This document shows, in pieces, positions 60,618 through 64,000 of a DNA stretch of 64,000 nt (position 1 is the first letter of the stretch; every line of letters begins with the position of its first letter). Below the pieces are notes generated by a model. The model searched no databases and was not told where the DNA came from. It saw only the letters and a list, made by a program, of their open reading frames with translations. This DNA is from Somniosus microcephalus (Eukaryota): NCBI GenBank assembly GCA_052327205.1, contig CM126210.1, positions 181,102,001-181,166,000 on the forward strand, written 5' to 3'. A program made the translations under genes and the position numbers.

Positions 60618-62266
60618 TAGCTTAATCTAGTTAGGTATAGGGGGTGGGATAAGGATAAGGAGATTGTTAAGATAGTCATTTTCCCTCGATGTGCCGTGTG
60701 TTCCCCATTCCCTGTATAAGTATAGTTATTTTGTATTTGCCTGTAAATTTTATACTAGTAACTTTTCATAAGATTGTGTTAGATTCTATTTCAATAAAAT
60801 CTTGGTTTTTCTTACATCCAAACCACCTGTCTACTCGAGTCTTTTCTGTATCGCCGCCTGTACCTAAGTCCGGTGTCTAGAACCCAAGGGCGTGGGAGCG
60901 ATTTGAACCGCTCACAAACAGTCAGGGGCATAACTGACTGGGCGCACGCGCCACCCCACACCACCCCCTACAGAAATGGCGACCGCGGCAGGACACCAGC
61001 AACAGGGTTGCGATACAGTAGACAATGGTTCGGATGAGCGAACCATGATGGAGGAAAGGATTTCTGATTATGTGTTTAGCAAGGTGAATATCACTAAGAA
61101 GTGGATCACCACTCTGTTAAAGGCTGGGCGTCCGGTAGAAGCAGCAGCTAAATGGACAGAGGGAAAGGAACACAAGAAGTCCTTAGAAAAGGCAGTTTGG
61201 CTGATGTGTTTTAAAAAGCAGGTCCAGCTTTTGGACAGGCTCGTTGCAGCACAGGCAGTTGAGTTAAGGGAGTCAGCCCTGGAGATCCAGGATAAGGCTC
61301 TTGCAGAGGAGAAGTTATTAGTAGCTTTGCAGGCTTTGAATCAAGAGAGAGTGCATTTAGTGGGAGAACACAAGGCCCAGTTGGAATGCCTACGGTGCCA
61401 AGTCACCGAGGCCAAGGGAAATGAGTTAAGGTTGCGGGAGAAGAACGCCCGCTTGGCAAGGCAGATTAGGGAACAGGAAGAGAAAGTACAGGAGGTAAAG
61501 GCAGCGTATAAGCTAGCGAGCGAGCAGGGGTTTCAGGAGGCAGACCATGGTCCCTGTAAAGAGAGGATAGAAAATCTGAGCTGGGCCCTCCGGAAGGCAA
61601 AAGGCATGGTATGCCTCATAAGCCCAAAGGCAGGCCAGGCAGATTTTATGGGGAACGAGGGGGGGACAGTTCCAACATCACCGGTAGTGTCTACGGATGA
61701 CCCGGTTGAGAGAGAGGAGACCTCACGACCACCACCCGTAGCGCCAAGTTTCAGCGAGGTTTGGCAGCAAGGGGGGGTGGAACCAGAGGTGGAGGCGGAG
61801 GTAGAGCAACCCCCGCCAGAGAGCTCGGAGCCGGGACCAATGTGCCCAGCACGGCATCGGAGGTTCGGCCCACCCGCCAATGGCGACATTGAGGGCCCCT
61901 CCAAAACCAGTTCGTATTACCCTTCAACACCCAACAGCTTAGGGCTATGGTCAACCATCTCCCGAGGCTCTCTGAAAAGGGGGTCCCCTCGATCCACTTC
62001 AGGGAAGTAGAGCAGACAGCCAACGTCAACGACTGCGATGACGCTGAGAAGGCCAAGATGCTGCTATTCTCCCTGGAGAGCAGTCTCCTCCAATCCCTCT
62101 CTGACGAGTGCAAAAGGGGGCAGTGCGGGTATGAGGAGCTTAGAGATGCGGTTCTGGAGGCCATGGGGATGAATGAGGGAAGTCCTTTCTCCCGTGTGAA
62201 GAAGACGATCCAGCTCTCAGGGGAAACCCCGCAGGCTTTTGCGGACCGGCTGTGGCCGGTGTACTG
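60618..62266 (+). mobile_element. Unclassified LTR retroelement/ERV-like: partial LTR-like segment plus gag (60976-62266), cut by Mag copy 3
   Basis: AT-rich segment with AATAAA, then a 344-codon ORF (coiled coil, Pro-rich). It continues in the -1 frame into a capsid-like region ending Q..GETPQAFADRL, an MHR-like motif. Confidence 0.7.
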
Positions 62267-64000
62267 TGTAGTGTATGTACCTTTAAGAGGAACGATGTTT
62301 TTGAAGCCCCTGTATACTGTAGTACCAGTAGTGACCACTCGGGTATATAAGCCTGTGTAGCATCTTGTGTTGTTAGTTCACCTCCAGACTTTGTTCAGCA
62401 AACACTTGTTAAATCAACTCCTGCATTCCGTGTCTCCATTAACACACGGATCTAACAGTGGCGACGAGTTAGAAACGAACTTACCTGCAATTTGGCAGCA
62501 CCTCAAGGGGATTGATTCCTCAGACGAAGGTCGAAGCCAGAAGCAAGAAAAAAAAAATAACTCGAAGAAACTCGAAAACGAGGGCCAGGCTTGGTCTCCA
62601 GTCTGTGGTTTCCCCAGCTAAACGGGCTGGTGGCAGGTAGTGCACTGATCCTTCCTGGGCTGCGGCGGGCTAGAGCTCGATTGGGTGGCTCTGCAATGGG
62701 GCCGGGCAGCGAGTCGGGAAGCAGAAGCAAAGAGAGAGGGAGGGTGGAGCACTCAGGGCGCAGCCGGTGCTGCAAAGCAGGTCGGCGTTCGGACCGAGCA
62801 GAGGGAGGGGAAAGTCCCAGAGGGTCCGCTCCACAACGGGAACGGTTCTCCAAGTAACGGAGAAACTATTGAAGCGATATATTAAAAAAATAGAAATACC
62901 GCGAAAAGCTGCAGGTCGCAACAGGAACCGCGGAGAACAGCGTTGGCAGCAGTGATTGGGGAGGCGCAAAGAAGATAGTGCGTCGCCATTAAAAAAAAAA
63001 ATTTTAAATTAAAAAAAAATTAATCGCCAGCAACAGCGGCAGCGGCGGGAAAGCGCGGGAGGCGCCATCTTAACTCGGCGGGGAAGAAAGAAAAGCGCGG
63101 GAAGCGCCATTTTAGATTTTCAAGATGCCGAAGACTGGCAACATTACTGCTTTCGATAGTGATATAGAAGATTGGACCACATATGTGGAAAGAGTGGAGG
63201 TATATTGCAAGGCGAATGAAGTAGCAGATGATAAAAAGGCATCGGTACTTCTAAATCTGATGGGCGCAAGGACATACGGGCTGTTACGAAACTTGATCAC
63301 TCCAGCCAAACCGATGGACGAGAATTTTAAGGAGATTGTTGATACCTTACAGGAGCACTTAAACCCAACACCGCTGCTGATAGCGGAACGATTCAAATTC
63401 TTCAGGAGGCATCAGCACAAGAATGAAAGTAACGCTGATTACCTCACCGAATTACGAAAGCTGTCAAAGCACTGCCAATTCGGGGCAGGACTGACAGATT
63501 CTCTACGAGACAAATTCATCTGCGGTCTCCTAAGCGAAGGAACACAGAAAAGACTACTTTCTGAGAAAGATTTGACACTGGACAAGGCTTTCAGTGTGGC
63601 TGTATCATACGAAGCAGCAGCAAGAGGAGCTGCAGAGATACAGCAAAAGCCACAGGACTTCGGCACCCATGAAATGACACGGGGTTTCGAGAGATGTTAT
63701 CGCTGTGGCAGATCCACCCATGACCAGAAGGACTGCTGGTTCAAGGACAAAGCATGCAGGCAATGCGGAAAGATGGGACACATTGCATGTGTATGCAGAT
63801 CTGGAAAGAAATCCGCTGACAGTAAAAAGGTCAATAAGGAAAAGTACAGAAAGGTACAAATGATGACGGACAGTAGCTCCGAAGACCAGAAGAGCGATAG
63901 CGACTCCGGAAACAAGAGACTAAGCTGTCTCAAATTACATAATGTAATTGCCAAAGAAGATTACCAGACCATTTGGGTTACCCTCACGATAGCGGGGTCC
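62267..64000 (+). mobile_element. Mag-like Gypsy copy 3 (different LTR subfamily; continues right of window)
   Basis: 191-bp LTR at 62267-62457 (TGTAGTG..TAACA), PBS TGGCGACGAG at 62459, and a gag closely similar to copies 1 and 2. Confidence 0.95.
63125..64000 (+). CDS. Gag(-Pol) N-terminus of Mag copy 3, open to the window end (292 codons)
   Basis: Hand translation from ATG CCG AAG ACT shows no stop and includes two CCHC knuckles. Probably absent from the ORF track because it has no stop in the window. Confidence 0.9.
   Translation, partial: MPKTGNITAFDSDIEDWTTYVERVEVYCKANEVADDKKASVLLNLMGARTYGLLRNLITPAKPMDENFKEIVDTLQEHLNPTPLLIAERFKFFRRHQHKNESNADYLTELRKLSKHCQFGAGLTDSLRDKFICGLLSEGTQKRLLSEKDLTLDKAFSVAVSYEAAARGAAEIQQKPQDFGTHEMTRGFERCYRCGRSTHDQKDCWFKDKACRQCGKMGHIACVCRSGKKSADSKKVNKEKYRKVQMMTDSSSEDQKSDSDSGNKRLSCLKLHNVIAKEDYQTIWVTLTIAGS

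Overview
This is repeat-dense vertebrate genomic DNA. The repeat complement (DeuSINE/SacSINE1-like SINEs, abundant CR1, L2, RTE, Tx1, Penelope and Harbinger-type MITEs) points to a cartilaginous fish, which is an inference. Two spliced minus-strand host genes can be assembled by hand. The first is a divergent Sec14/CRAL-TRIO-domain gene of the SESTD1/PLEKHG4/MCF2 type, with a CpG-rich 5' end near 25.9-26.5 kb and five phase-consistent internal exons down to 13.3 kb. The second is a C6orf163 homolog, of which the last two exons are here (57.1 kb and 44.3 kb). Larger mobile elements are three copies of a Mag-like Gypsy family (one full length with TSD), a full-length BEL/Pao element with TSD, a solo LTR, an unclassified retroviral-like gag, a non-autonomous Helitron, and hAT, Tc1/pogo and Harbinger MITEs, with many nested insertions. 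The most notable signals are minimal hammerhead ribozymes in Penelope-derived elements lying in sense within host introns, a Helitron carrying an NF-Y/Sp1/YY1 promoter-like cassette, a conserved U1-like/antisense splice motif next to the Mag primer-binding site, and a Tx1 element inserted into a MITE end. All calls were made by eye without database searches, and boundaries of old repeats are approximate.
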